From positions 62,001 to 126,000 of the IMG/VR virus record IMGVR_UViG_3300028840_001395: a stretch of 64,000 bases of DNA; one strand, given 5' to 3'. The translations under genes were made by a program, and so were the position numbers. Shown in pieces: positions 47,073 through 55,573 of this stretch. The notes beneath the pieces are model-generated. The model searched no databases and was not told the DNA's origin. It saw only the letters and a list, made by a program, of their open reading frames with translations. How positions within the stretch are numbered: position 1 is the first letter of the stretch; the number at the start of each line of letters is the position of its first letter.

Positions 47073-47651
47073 ATGACAAAGCCCATCACGAAGAAGGAGA
47101 TCCGGGAAGTCGTCCAAGGCGTCCACGGAGAGGACATCCAGATCGAGCACGCCCCACAGGAGGAGGTGGTCGATCTGTCCGAAGAAATCACCACCATCCT
47201 GAAGGCCATCGGCTTCCCGACCGCCTGGGTGTCCGACGAGTCAACCCTCTGGGACTTCTGGTTCTCCCGCGACCCCGACGAGGTGCAGAAGGAAGAAGCC
47301 GCGCTCACCGAGACAGTCGGCTTCGAGGTGTCCATCAAGGACTACCTGGTGGACATCGCCCGGCGCATGAAGGGCCTCCCGCCTCGTCCCGAAGTCTGGA
47401 AGTTCCCCAAGGAGGTTGAGATCCTCTTGGCCATCGTGGACCGCGATGATGCGGTGGTCACAGACCAGACCACCTTCCGGGACTTCATGGACCCCGGAGA
47501 CCCCGAGGGCCTGGCCAGGATCTCCCGTCGCTGCAAGACGCTGGAGAAGCGGTATGAGTTCCTGGTCGATCACGACGACACCTTCCTCGATGTCGCCCGC
47601 AAGATGCGGAAGTTCCGCAACGAGCACCGGGCCAAGAGTGGTAGGCGGTAG
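47073..47651 (+). CDS. Hypothetical protein with an internal duplication, antisense to array 2
   Basis: Two units ending YLVDIARRMK / FLDVARKMR. Confidence 0.75.
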   Translation: MTKPITKKEIREVVQGVHGEDIQIEHAPQEEVVDLSEEITTILKAIGFPTAWVSDESTLWDFWFSRDPDEVQKEEAALTETVGFEVSIKDYLVDIARRMKGLPPRPEVWKFPKEVEILLAIVDRDDAVVTDQTTFRDFMDPGDPEGLARISRRCKTLEKRYEFLVDHDDTFLDVARKMRKFRNEHRAKSGRR

Positions 47652-47714
47652 GGGACTTGAACCCCTGACCTCCGCCTTGTAAGGGCGGCATTCTCCCAAC
47701 TGAACTAACCGCCT
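47639..47714 (-). tRNA. tRNA-Val(TAC)
   Basis: Loop CTTACAA, CCA. Confidence 0.92.
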
Positions 47715-47722
47715 ATCGAAGT

Positions 47723-47797
47723 TGGTGGGCCTGACTGGACTCGAACCAGCGACTTCTACCGTGTGAAGGTAGCACTCTCCCACTGAGTTACAGGCCC
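47723..47797 (-). tRNA. tRNA-Val(CAC)
   Basis: Loop TTCACAC, CCA. Confidence 0.9.
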
Positions 47798-47803
47798 GAA
47801 GAT

Positions 47804-47880
47804 TGGTCGGGGTGACTGGACTCGAACCAGCGACCTTCGGTCCCCCAGACCGACGCGCTACCAGGCTGCGCCACACCCCG
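47804..47880 (-). tRNA. tRNA-Pro(GGG)
   Basis: Loop CTGGGGG, CCA. Confidence 0.9.
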
Positions 47881-47884
47881 ATAT

Positions 47885-48505
47885 CTACTCCCCGAACAGG
47901 TCGAGGATGTCTCCAATGTCATCGTGTTTCGTGAAGTTCCGGCAGAAGGTCGCCCGGTGCAGAGGCGTCAACCCGTGTTCCCGGATGGCCTCGATGTGGC
48001 CCTTCGACCCGTAGCCCTTGTTGCCCTCCCAGCCGTACTGGGGATACTGCTTGGCCATCTGCACCATGTAGGCATCTCGCTCGACCTTGGCCACGATGCT
48101 CGCAGCCCCGATGATCCAGTCCTTCGCGTCACCCTTGACGATGAACTCGGTCGGGATGGGCCGGAAGTCCACCCCGATGGGCTTGCCGTCGATGCGGACA
48201 GCTTCGACCGGGAGATCGAGAGCTAGCAGACCCTCGATGGCCTCCCAGAAGCACTCCAAGAGGGCGGGGTTGATGCCCACCTCGTCCACCCTGGCAGCCG
48301 TTCGGATGCTGACCCGATGGTGGAGGCCCGGATGTTCAGTTATCGCCTTGTGGAGCCTCTCACGCTTCCTGGGGGTCAGCTTCTTGCTGTCCGTCACGCC
48401 CTCGATGGGGGCCATATCGGCGGGGGCCATCACAGCACAGACGTAGCACCCACCGGCCAGGGGGCCTCGCCCAACCTCGTCTGCACCGATGATGTAAGTG
48501 CTCAT
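47885..48505 (-). CDS. rnhB: Ribonuclease HII
   Basis: GADEVGRGPLAG, DSKKL, KGD...AASIVAKVERD, NKGY. Confidence 0.95.
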   Translation of the reverse strand: MSTYIIGADEVGRGPLAGGCYVCAVMAPADMAPIEGVTDSKKLTPRKRERLHKAITEHPGLHHRVSIRTAARVDEVGINPALLECFWEAIEGLLALDLPVEAVRIDGKPIGVDFRPIPTEFIVKGDAKDWIIGAASIVAKVERDAYMVQMAKQYPQYGWEGNKGYGSKGHIEAIREHGLTPLHRATFCRNFTKHDDIGDILDLFGE

Positions 48506-48533
48506 GCCCTATACTACCCTATCTCGGATGGGA

Positions 48534-48628
48534 TGGTAGCCCCGGAGGGAGTCGAACCCTCGGTGGAGCCCCTACGTCTCCGGCACGGTTTATAAGACCG
48601 CCGCTGTGACCGTTCAGCTTACGGGGCC
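48534..48628 (-). tRNA. tRNA-Ile(TAT) with long variable arm
   Basis: Loop CTTATAA, about 23-nt variable region, CCA. Confidence 0.75.
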
Positions 48629-49452
48629 AGCCCGTCCGCGAGGGCGAAGGTCTTGTCGGCCAGGTCGGGGTCGAGTCCCTTCATGGCCTCGGGGATGTCC
48701 TTCTGCTTGTAGCGGTCGGAGAAATGGGTCAAGACCAGCGCCTCGACCTGGGCCAACAGATGCTCCCGCACCCCGATCTGGAGCAGGTGCGTGTGGCCCC
48801 GGCTCTCCGCGAACTCCCCGGTGTGCTCGTTGGTCAGGAAGGTCGCCTCGGTGATAAGGATGCGGGCCTTCCGGATGCCGGAGATCCGGTCAAGGGTGCT
48901 GATACGGGTGTCCCCCGTGTACACGACCTCCAGGGTCTTGACCTCATCCGTGACCTCGACGCCCTCCTCCTGCCGGAGCCGTCCGATCTCCTTGCCAGGC
49001 AGGTCTGCGAACTCGGGCTTGAGCTTTCTCTTCGCCCGGAAGATGGCGTAGCCCTGCGACGGAACCGTGTGGTCAGTCGGGAACGCCGCCACCGACAGCC
49101 CCTTACCGAGCTTCATCTCTTCGTCGCCCGGAGCCAGGGGGAGCACGTCGCACTTGAAGCCGCCGTGCTGGAGAGGTTCCCACAGGGCGAACATCTGGTG
49201 GATGGGCTTGACCAGGTGAGGCGGCACGATGAAGCGGGAGGGCTTCATCCCCATCATGTTTCGGGTGAAGGCGTGCCGGACGATGCCCGCCATGTGGTCA
49301 ACGTGTCCGTGCGTGATGAGCACCGTTCGGATGCGCTGGGCCTCGCGGGGGCATACCCCCATGTCGAAGACCAGCTTGAAGTCGGGCATCCAGATGCAGG
49401 TTCCCAGGCCGCTGACGGACTCTCCTCGGATCTCGGTGTTCAGGATTCGCAT
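48619..49452 (-). CDS. rnz: Ribonuclease Z (MBL fold)
   Basis: THGHVDH, flexible arm KLKPEFADLPGKEI, TGDT, EAT, THFS.RY. Confidence 0.85.
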   Translation of the reverse strand: MRILNTEIRGESVSGLGTCIWMPDFKLVFDMGVCPREAQRIRTVLITHGHVDHMAGIVRHAFTRNMMGMKPSRFIVPPHLVKPIHQMFALWEPLQHGGFKCDVLPLAPGDEEMKLGKGLSVAAFPTDHTVPSQGYAIFRAKRKLKPEFADLPGKEIGRLRQEEGVEVTDEVKTLEVVYTGDTRISTLDRISGIRKARILITEATFLTNEHTGEFAESRGHTHLLQIGVREHLLAQVEALVLTHFSDRYKQKDIPEAMKGLDPDLADKTFALADGLAP

Positions 49453-49688
49453 GGCTCTTTTTCCTCCCGAGGCTCCATGCCTCACCTGTTCTTAGCAACC
49501 TCGCGCAACCTGGCGGGCTGCGGCGTCAGTGGAAGAACAGGTGTCCACCGAGACTACTCTATGAGAAGGAAAAGTAAGCGACCCCCTGCCCCGTTCCCGG
49601 TGCTCCGCTGGCGAGTCCTGGGTGGCGAGGCTTGTCCCCAGCGTGGTGGCCCTACCTCACTAAAGCCGTTCGCAGGGGGTCACGAAGT

Positions 49689-49762
49689 TGGAGACAGCGG
49701 TCGGATTTGAACCGACGATCAGGGGGTTGCAGCCCCTAGCCTTACCGCTTGGCTACGCTGTC
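49689..49762 (-). tRNA. tRNA-Cys(GCA)
   Basis: Loop CTGCAAC, U73, CCA. Confidence 0.9.
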
Positions 49763-49770
49763 ATGTTCCT

Positions 49771-49845
49771 TGGTCGCTATGGAGGGACTCGAACCCCCGA
49801 CACAGTGGATATGAGCCACTTGCTCTGCCTCTGAGCTACATAGCG
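49771..49845 (-). tRNA. tRNA(CAT), elongator Met or Ile2
   Basis: Loop CTCATAT, CCA. Confidence 0.85.
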
Positions 49846-49847
49846 AT

Positions 49848-49921
49848 TGGCTGAGGCATGAGGACTCGAACCTCAACTTCCGGGGCCAGAACCCGGCGTC
49901 CTGCCATTAGACGATGCCTCA
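49848..49921 (-). tRNA. tRNA-Gln(CTG)
   Basis: Loop TTCTGGC, U1-A72, CCA. Confidence 0.85.
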
Positions 49922-49945
49922 GTAGAAATCAGGAGAGGGCAGGAG

Positions 49946-50281
49946 CTACACGCCACCCAGTTCCTTCTGGGCCTCGTGGATCCCCTTCATGATGTGACGC
50001 GGGAACTGGATCTTCCGGCTCTTGAACAAGCCCCTCCCCTTGTCAACCAGTTCGGAGTCACCCCGGCTCGACCCTGGGCGGCGGGAGTTCTCATCCCACA
50101 TGAAGACCGTCCAGGTGCCGTCGTTGACCAGGCCGACCTTGACCAACACCCCGGCATCCTTGTCGCGGATCTCGATGGTATCGAACATCTTCGCGGTCTT
50201 CTTGAGCAGGGGCACCAGATGCTTCCTGGTCTCGGGCACTTCCCCTGCCAGCTTGATGAGGGCCTCGCGGAGTTGAGACAT
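49946..50281 (-). CDS. Hypothetical protein with LIKLA..PE.R.HL.PLLKKTA N-terminal motif
   Basis: SD AGGAGG. Confidence 0.75.
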   Translation of the reverse strand: MSQLREALIKLAGEVPETRKHLVPLLKKTAKMFDTIEIRDKDAGVLVKVGLVNDGTWTVFMWDENSRRPGSSRGDSELVDKGRGLFKSRKIQFPRHIMKGIHEAQKELGGV

Positions 50282-50327
50282 CAGACACCTCCTTGTCTCT
50301 ACTCCAGGGTGACCATAGACGAAAAAT

Positions 50328-50403
50328 TGGCTGGGGCAGAGGGATTTGAACCCCCGATCACAGGGTCAGAGCCTGCTGCCTTACCAGACTTGGCTATGCC
50401 CCA
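50328..50403 (-). tRNA. tRNA-Gln(CTG)
   Basis: Loop CTCTGAC, CCA. Confidence 0.9.
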
Positions 50404-50408
50404 GCGGA

Positions 50409-50674
50409 TGGTGCGGGTGGTGGGAGTCGAACCCACAAGACCAGAACGTCTCTTATCGGGACTCACGCTTCCCTGTGGGGGGATGAGGTTCCCCAACCCC
50501 TGCCATTACTGACAGCGGCCCCAACCCGGTGCTTCTGAAGCCTAGAGACCGTGCCCCGTCCGGGAACGCCACAACGCAGCTTTTTACCTTCCGGTAGCAC
50601 CCTGGCCCCTCAATCACGAGGTTTCCGGTTTCACCTTGGTTTTCCGGTTCCGTTGCCTGTTAGGTCACACCCGC
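50409..50674 (-). ncRNA. 266-nt RNA with tRNA acceptor/T arm and a large insert in place of the anticodon loop
   Basis: GCGGGTG/CACCCGC-A-CCA, GTGGG-TTCGACT-CCCAC, ACCGGAA/TTCTGGT stem. Confidence 0.6.
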
Positions 50675-50914
50675 ATTCGTGTCCACGCTCTGACGAGCCT
50701 CGATGCCTTCCTGCTCCAGCTTCAGGTGCTTCCTGATGTAGCGCATGAACAGAAGAGCCTTGTCCTCGGCCAGAAAGGTCGCGGTCCCCACGTCATCGAT
50801 GGGAACCGGGAACTCGAACCCGCATTCGGTGCGGTACCAGAGGTTGCTGTCGCAGTAGAACGCGAAGCGAACCTTCTTCCCTGACTTCACCATCTCTGTG
50901 AGTCGCTGTGCCAT
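50660..50914 (-). CDS. Conserved phage hypothetical protein
   Basis: LWYRTECGFEFPVPIDDVGTATFLAEDKALLFMRYIRK. Confidence 0.8.
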   Translation of the reverse strand: MAQRLTEMVKSGKKVRFAFYCDSNLWYRTECGFEFPVPIDDVGTATFLAEDKALLFMRYIRKHLKLEQEGIEARQSVDTNAGVT

Positions 50915-50934
50915 TTCTGGCCTCCTCCCGAAGT

Positions 50935-51009
50935 TGGCAGGGGCGGAGGGAATTGAACCCATCATCTCAGGAATCAAAGGCCTGTGTCCTACCGTTGAAC
51001 GACACCCCC
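50935..51009 (-). tRNA. tRNA-Gln(TTG)
   Basis: Loop CTTTGAT, CCA. Confidence 0.75.
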
Positions 51010-51052
51010 ACTGGGCAGGTCGTCAACTTTGACGACCGCCAGATTTGACGAC

Positions 51053-51128
51053 TGGTGGAGCTGAGGGGAATCGAACCCCTGACCTCGGCATTGCGAACGC
51101 CGCGCTCTCCCAACTGAGCTACAGCCCC
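51053..51128 (-). tRNA. tRNA-Ala(CGC)
   Basis: G3.U70, loop TTCGCAA. Confidence 0.92.
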
Positions 51129-51141
51129 ATCTATGTGTCCG

Positions 51142-51217
51142 TGGTGGAGCTAGCCGGGATCGAACCGGCGACCCCCTGCTTGCAAAGCAGGCGCTCTCCC
51201 AACTGAGCTATAGCCCC
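51142..51217 (-). tRNA. tRNA-Ala(TGC)
   Basis: G3.U70, loop TTTGCAA. Confidence 0.93.
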
Positions 51218-51230
51218 ACGGATTGATTGT

Positions 51231-51306
51231 TGGAGCGGACGACCAGGATCGAACTGGCGACCTCCTGCTTGGCAAGCAGGTGCTCTACCGGCTGAGCTAC
51301 GTCCGC
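51231..51306 (-). tRNA. tRNA-Gly(GCC)
   Basis: Loop TTGCCAA, U73. Confidence 0.92.
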
Positions 51307-51926
51307 ATCTTGTCCCACCCCTCGGCTGCGGACGGGCTAACCGCCACGCACCTTTTCAGGTGAGCCACTTCCTCGGATGACCACACATAACAGGTGTCCG
51401 CGTAGAGGTCATACCCGACGATGAAGTCGAAGTCTGCCTTCTGGTATCGAACCGCCTTGTTGTGGCCTTGGACACACTTGAGAGACACAGAGGGAAGACC
51501 CTTCCCCGAGGCATGTGCCCACTTGACCTGCACCTTCAAGATTCGACCTGTCTCTGGAATCTCCACTACCCAGTCGGCCTTGTCTCCATCGAAAGGCGAC
51601 CCAAAGACATTGAACCCACAGACGGTCATCCTAAACAAGACGGCTGCCTCAGCGATCTTCGCCTTCTGAAGGCGCGAGGCATTGGGGTTCATCATCCGAT
51701 AAAGAGGGGACTCTGCCCCGCGTGACTTTTTGGGGTGCCCCCCTCGTTGATTTTCCTTACGCTTGGCTGCCTGCTCACTCTTTGTCAAAGGATGGGGCTT
51801 GAGCCATCCACTCAGAGAACCTTTCGAGGCCCCTGTCCGTTGGTGGATTTCTCGCAGAGACAAGCCTTCCTCAACTCGGAGCCGAATGCACTCCGCCTTC
51901 AATTTAGGATTAGACTTTCCGCGCAA
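51297..51926 (-). CDS. HTH + PD-(D/E)xK endonuclease (group I intron-associated type)
   Basis: LSLREIHQRTGASKGSLSGW; D...LKVQVK...DFDFIVGY. Confidence 0.8.
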   Translation of the reverse strand: MRGKSNPKLKAECIRLRVEEGLSLREIHQRTGASKGSLSGWLKPHPLTKSEQAAKRKENQRGGHPKKSRGAESPLYRMMNPNASRLQKAKIAEAAVLFRMTVCGFNVFGSPFDGDKADWVVEIPETGRILKVQVKWAHASGKGLPSVSLKCVQGHNKAVRYQKADFDFIVGYDLYADTCYVWSSEEVAHLKRCVAVSPSAAEGWDKMRT

Positions 51927-51981
51927 AATGAACCTCCAATCTCCACAAGGAGTATAGCACTTGAAGGTTCACAGGTAAAGC

Positions 51982-52057
51982 TGGTGTGGATGACGGGGTA
52001 TGATCCCGCAACCCCTGCCCTGGCAAGGCAGTACTCTTCCAGTTGAGCTACATCCAC
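51982..52057 (-). tRNA. tRNA-Gly(GCC), atypical (A73, T loop ATCATAC)
   Basis: Loop TTGCCAG, CCA. Confidence 0.65.
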
Positions 52058-52061
52058 AGAT

Positions 52062-52184
52062 GGTGGGGAGAGACGGTGTTGCCGACTGTCAGTAGGGCTA
52101 CGGGAATCGAACCCGCATCTCCGGGCCTCACCCGGCGTGTTGTCCATTACACCAAGTCCTTGTCGGCGGCGTCCCGTGCCCACC
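52062..52184 (-). ncRNA. tRNA-like core with extended terminal stem (1)
   Basis: D and T arms, 5-nt anticodon loop, flanks pair GGTGGG/CCCACC and GCCGAC/GTCGGC. Confidence 0.6.
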
Positions 52185-52297
52185 GAGAACAAGATGGAGA
52201 GGGCCGTTCCAGAACTGCACCCCCAGAACCCAGGAAGGCCCGCGCCCGCCAGGGTAGGAGGACACAGCCCGACAGGCCCGTGTCCATCTGATTTACT

Positions 52298-52373
52298 TGG
52301 AGCGAGTGACCGGGATCGAACCGGCGACCTTCTGGATGGGAACCAGATGCTCTGCCAACTGAGCTACACTCGC
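52298..52373 (-). tRNA. tRNA-Gly(CCC)
   Basis: Loop TTCCCAT, U73. Confidence 0.9.
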
Positions 52374-52377
52374 AACG

Positions 52378-52506
52378 GGTCGAGGCAAGGTGTGTGTCGC
52401 GTACAGGTGAAGAAAACGGGTCTCGAACCCGCAACCTTCGGCTTGATAAGGCCGACGCTCAACCATTTGAGCTATCTCTTCTGAAACGACACCGCAGTCC
52501 TCGACC
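52378..52506 (-). ncRNA. tRNA-like core with extended terminal stem (2)
   Basis: 8-nt loop CTTATCAA, no CCA, flanks pair GGTCGAGG/CCTCGACC and GTGTCG/CGACAC. Confidence 0.65.
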
Positions 52507-52512
52507 GCGAAC

Positions 52513-52588
52513 TGGTGGAGCTGAGGGGACTCGAACCCCTGACCCTCTGGATGCCATCCAGATGCTCTCCCAACTGAGCTACAGCCCC
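52513..52588 (-). tRNA. tRNA-Ala(GGC)
   Basis: G3.U70, loop ATGGCAT. Confidence 0.92.
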
Positions 52589-52596
52589 ACATGTGC

Positions 52597-52673
52597 TGGA
52601 GGCGGAGGCGGGAATCGAACCCGCGTGGCCCGGCTCATGAGGCCGGGGCGGCAAGACCAACAGCCTCTCCGCA
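52597..52673 (-). tRNA. Atypical tRNA(CAT), 1:72 mismatch, weak D arm
   Basis: Loop CTCATGA, CCA. Confidence 0.65.
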
Positions 52674-52680
52674 CAGATGA

Positions 52681-52758
52681 TGGTAGCGGGGGCGGGATTT
52701 GAACCCGCGATCTCCAGGTTATGAGCCTAGCGGGATGACCAGACTTCCCTACCCCGCA
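52681..52758 (-). tRNA. tRNA-fMet-like (CAT)
   Basis: 1:72 mismatch, TTCAAATCC T loop, loop CTCATAA. Confidence 0.85.
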
Positions 52759-52763
52759 ACAAG

Positions 52764-52853
52764 TGGTCTCGGGGGGATGGCTGCGAACCATCCAACTCCT
52801 GCCGATGAGAGGGCCTCACCAGCCCCTGCAAGAGTCGCCTTGCTTGGCCCCGA
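52764..52853 (-). ncRNA. tRNA-like element ending in CCA
   Basis: TCGGGG/CCCCGA stem, GGATGG-TTCGCAG-CCATCC arm, bulged central hairpin. Confidence 0.45.
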
Positions 52854-52862
52854 TAGTGAATG

Positions 52863-52938
52863 TGGTTGTCCCGAGGGGACTCGAACCCCCAACCTCCCGG
52901 ATATCAGCCGGACGCTCCACCAGTTGAGCTTCGGGACA
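52863..52938 (-). tRNA. tRNA-Ile(GAT)
   Basis: Loop CTGATAT, CCA. Confidence 0.88.
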
Positions 52939-52948
52939 ATAGATGACT

Positions 52949-53025
52949 TGGTACTCCCGAGTGGAATTGAACCACCGACCCCGCGCTTATCAGGCGCGTG
53001 CTCTAAACCGCTGAGCTACGGGAGC
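52949..53025 (-). tRNA. tRNA-Ile(GAT)
   Basis: Loop CTGATAA, CCA. Confidence 0.92.
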
Positions 53026-53031
53026 GAAGAA

Positions 53032-53793
53032 CTAGGGACAGGCTGTGGCATCCTCACAGGACGGGCAGGAAGCCGCGTCACAGCCTGTGGGACAGAACTC
53101 GACCTTGTAGCCCACCGCCTTGTTGAACGTGTCCTGACAGCCGCCCTGGGGGCTTCTGCCATCCTTGCAGCCACCCTGCGTGGGGTTGGCGTAGGCGTCC
53201 GGGCACTTCTCATCGCCGCACCAGAGCGGGCGGCAGTCGTGATTCGCATGGTCAACCGCACACGTCAGGTCCGGTGCGAACTTGACCGGGACCGAGAAGC
53301 CCAGCTCCAGGTCGAGGTTGTAGGAGTCGAACTTGCCGTAGGTGTCACCCTCGTTGCCCGCGCTGAACTCGATGCGGGTGCCCTCGGTGCAGTTCGGGGC
53401 GTCCTTGTGCGCCATGACCTCGAAGCCTTCGGTCAGGCAATCTGGCTTCCAGGGGGTGCAGGAACCGGGCGCGTAGTTGGCGTTGACGATGTGCCAGAAG
53501 GTGCTCTTGCCAGCGGCCAGGAGGGGCAGCTTCGTGCAGTCACACTGCGGAGCGCCCTTCGTCCCGTCGCCATTGCAGCCGACCTGGTAGGCCACGCCCA
53601 CGTCGTAGGTGCAGGAGTTGTGGAACTCGATGCACCGCTCACCTGCGGGACAGGCTTTGACCCAGTACTTCGTGTAGTCGGTGCAGGCGTTGGTGCAGAC
53701 CGGCGCAGCCGCAGCTTCCTTCTCGGGAGCAGCAGGCGGGTCGTCAGTGCATCCGACCAAGAGAAGTGCGAGAACCAAGGCCCAGGATTTCAT
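53032..53793 (-). CDS. Thaumatin-like Cys-rich lipoprotein
   Basis: Lipobox LLVGC; TRIEF...DSYNLDLELGFSVPVKFAP...CPDAY...YKVEFCP. Confidence 0.75.
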   Translation of the reverse strand: MKSWALVLALLLVGCTDDPPAAPEKEAAAAPVCTNACTDYTKYWVKACPAGERCIEFHNSCTYDVGVAYQVGCNGDGTKGAPQCDCTKLPLLAAGKSTFWHIVNANYAPGSCTPWKPDCLTEGFEVMAHKDAPNCTEGTRIEFSAGNEGDTYGKFDSYNLDLELGFSVPVKFAPDLTCAVDHANHDCRPLWCGDEKCPDAYANPTQGGCKDGRSPQGGCQDTFNKAVGYKVEFCPTGCDAASCPSCEDATACP

Positions 53794-53830
53794 GGGTCAC
53801 CTCCGTTACAGAGCCGGAGGTATAGGCTCT

Positions 53831-54160
53831 CTAGGGCTGGTTGAAAATCTCCGCGCGCCCTTCGGGGGTCCGAATAAGACGCAGGAGGTCTTTCCAAGTG
53901 AATCCGACACTTGGCCAATCCAGTTTCTTGTTCTCCTTGTCGGACAACGCCTTCACGCGCATAAGCCCGGTGGTGAAGAACTCACGGGTCTCCACATCGA
54001 AAAACCCGAAGCGGAATCCCACATGATTGTCAACCGCCTCAGTGGGGTGACCTGCTGCTTGCCGTTCTCGGAGAATTTGAAGTAGCTCATAAAGAGTGGG
54101 CACAAACTCCTCTACCCTGGTTCCATTCTCATCGTGTCCTATCACTCGCGTCAGAGCCAT
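53831..54160 (-). CDS. Hypothetical protein
   Basis: SD GGAGGT. Confidence 0.65.
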   Translation of the reverse strand: MALTRVIGHDENGTRVEEFVPTLYELLQILRERQAAGHPTEAVDNHVGFRFGFFDVETREFFTTGLMRVKALSDKENKKLDWPSVGFTWKDLLRLIRTPEGRAEIFNQP

Positions 54161-54172
54161 CCAGATTACCTC

Positions 54173-54679
54173 CTAGAGGTCGTGCGCCCGCTTGACGATC
54201 TCGCTCGTGGAGGCAAGCTCATCGATGTCCGGGATGATGACGACCTCGACGGCCTTCTTCCCACTGCGGGGGAGCTTGCCCGTGGCCACCTCGTCCTCAC
54301 GTCCGGCGAACTCGTCGTTGCGAAACACCTTACCGCCCCGGACACCGAGAAGCTCCGTGGCGACGTTGGTGAAGTCCCAGAGGCCGTCTTGGATGTAGGC
54401 GAAGGTGACGAGCTTGTTCGCGTTCAGCAGCATCACCCGCTGGAACTCGCTCGTGAGGGGTCTGGTCGGCCCCTTGACCTTCCTGACGGCCTTGTCGCTG
54501 TCCACACCGACGATGAGGATGTCGCACTCCCGGCGACATCGGAGCAGGTAGCGCAGGTGGAAGTCGTGGAACAGGTCGAAGGTTCCCGAGGTCAGCCCGA
54601 CCGTCTTGTCCTTGGGCTGATGCTCAATCCAGAGCTTCGCCGCTTCCAGCGACGTGGACTCGTAGGGGTTGATGATCAC
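54173..54679 (-). CDS. Cytidylyl/adenylyltransferase-family protein (RfaE/TagD-like)
   Basis: GTFDLFHDFH, IVGVDSD..VRKVKG..RP, STSEI. Confidence 0.85.
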   Translation of the reverse strand: MIINPYESTSLEAAKLWIEHQPKDKTVGLTSGTFDLFHDFHLRYLLRCRRECDILIVGVDSDKAVRKVKGPTRPLTSEFQRVMLLNANKLVTFAYIQDGLWDFTNVATELLGVRGGKVFRNDEFAGREDEVATGKLPRSGKKAVEVVIIPDIDELASTSEIVKRAHDL

Positions 54680-54728
54680 CCTTGCACCTCCACCTAGACT
54701 ACTCTCTCGGTGGGGTGGATAAGCCTAG

Positions 54729-54804
54729 TGGAGCGGGCGACGAGAATCGAACTCGCAACCCTCGGCTTGGAAGGCCGATGCTCTAGCCGTTGAGCTACGC
54801 CCGC
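54729..54804 (-). tRNA. tRNA-Gly(TCC)
   Basis: Loop CTTCCAA, U73. Confidence 0.92.
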
Positions 54805-54811
54805 TTGGAAG

Positions 54812-55216
54812 CTATCCCTTGAACTCGTAATCAGAGGCCCATCGAATGTTCTTCTTCTGACCCTGCCGGGCTGCCTCCAGGCGCAGCCGCGCACATTTGA
54901 CGCCAACTTCATCCACAGGAACGAGATAGACCTTATCGAGTCCTGGGGCATAGACTGCGAAGATGTCAGCCTCGCCCCGGTAAGTCCGGGTTTTCTTCGT
55001 ATTCCAGTTGTTTGAACAGGTGGGAAACTGGATGTATCCAGGAAAGACCTGAGCAGTCTTGCACTGGACTCGGGTGAACTTCCCTCCCTCGTCCAACACC
55101 ATGTCGTATCTCTGGTTGTCCCCGAAGGGGGTGAGGACAACCTTCCCAGCCCGGAGAAAGGCGGCAAGAATCTGCCCCTCTGACCTTTCCCCAACTGCTT
55201 TGGGATTCATGTCCAT
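54812..55216 (-). CDS. PD-(D/E)xK endonuclease (group I intron-associated type)
   Basis: GERSE...PFGDNQRYDMV...RVQCKT...ADIFAVY. Confidence 0.85.
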   Translation of the reverse strand: MDMNPKAVGERSEGQILAAFLRAGKVVLTPFGDNQRYDMVLDEGGKFTRVQCKTAQVFPGYIQFPTCSNNWNTKKTRTYRGEADIFAVYAPGLDKVYLVPVDEVGVKCARLRLEAARQGQKKNIRWASDYEFKG

Positions 55217-55263
55217 GTGAACCTCCAAAGAGAAGGTATCACATTCCCAAGGTTATATCTAGG

Positions 55264-55341
55264 TGGTGAGCCGGGCGGGACTCGAACCCGCGACCGCCTG
55301 ATTAAAAGTCAGATGCTCTAATCCAACTGAGCTACCGGCCC
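55264..55341 (-). tRNA. tRNA-Lys(TTT)
   Basis: Loop CTTTTAA, CCA. Confidence 0.92.
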
Positions 55342-55342
55342 G

Positions 55343-55418
55343 TGGTGGGCCTGACAGGAATCGAACCTGCGTCTCTCCGCTTAAAAGGCGGCAGCAACCC
55401 AACTTTTGCTACAGACCC
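55343..55418 (-). tRNA. tRNA-Lys(TTT)
   Basis: Loop CTTTTAA, CCA. Confidence 0.85.
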
Positions 55419-55490
55419 ACGGAGAAGTCACCGCGAGCCCTGCGTTTCAGCCGAGTCATGATTGACCTCCTTGGGTCTGTGGAGTGTATC

Positions 55491-55566
55491 TGGTGCCCCC
55501 AGCAGGAGTCGAACCTGCGGCCATCCGCTTAGGAGGCGGGTGCTCTATCCTCTGAGCTATGGAGGC
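55491..55566 (-). tRNA. tRNA-Arg(CCT)
   Basis: Loop CTCCTAA, CCA. Confidence 0.9.
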
Positions 55567-55573
55567 AGGGAGT

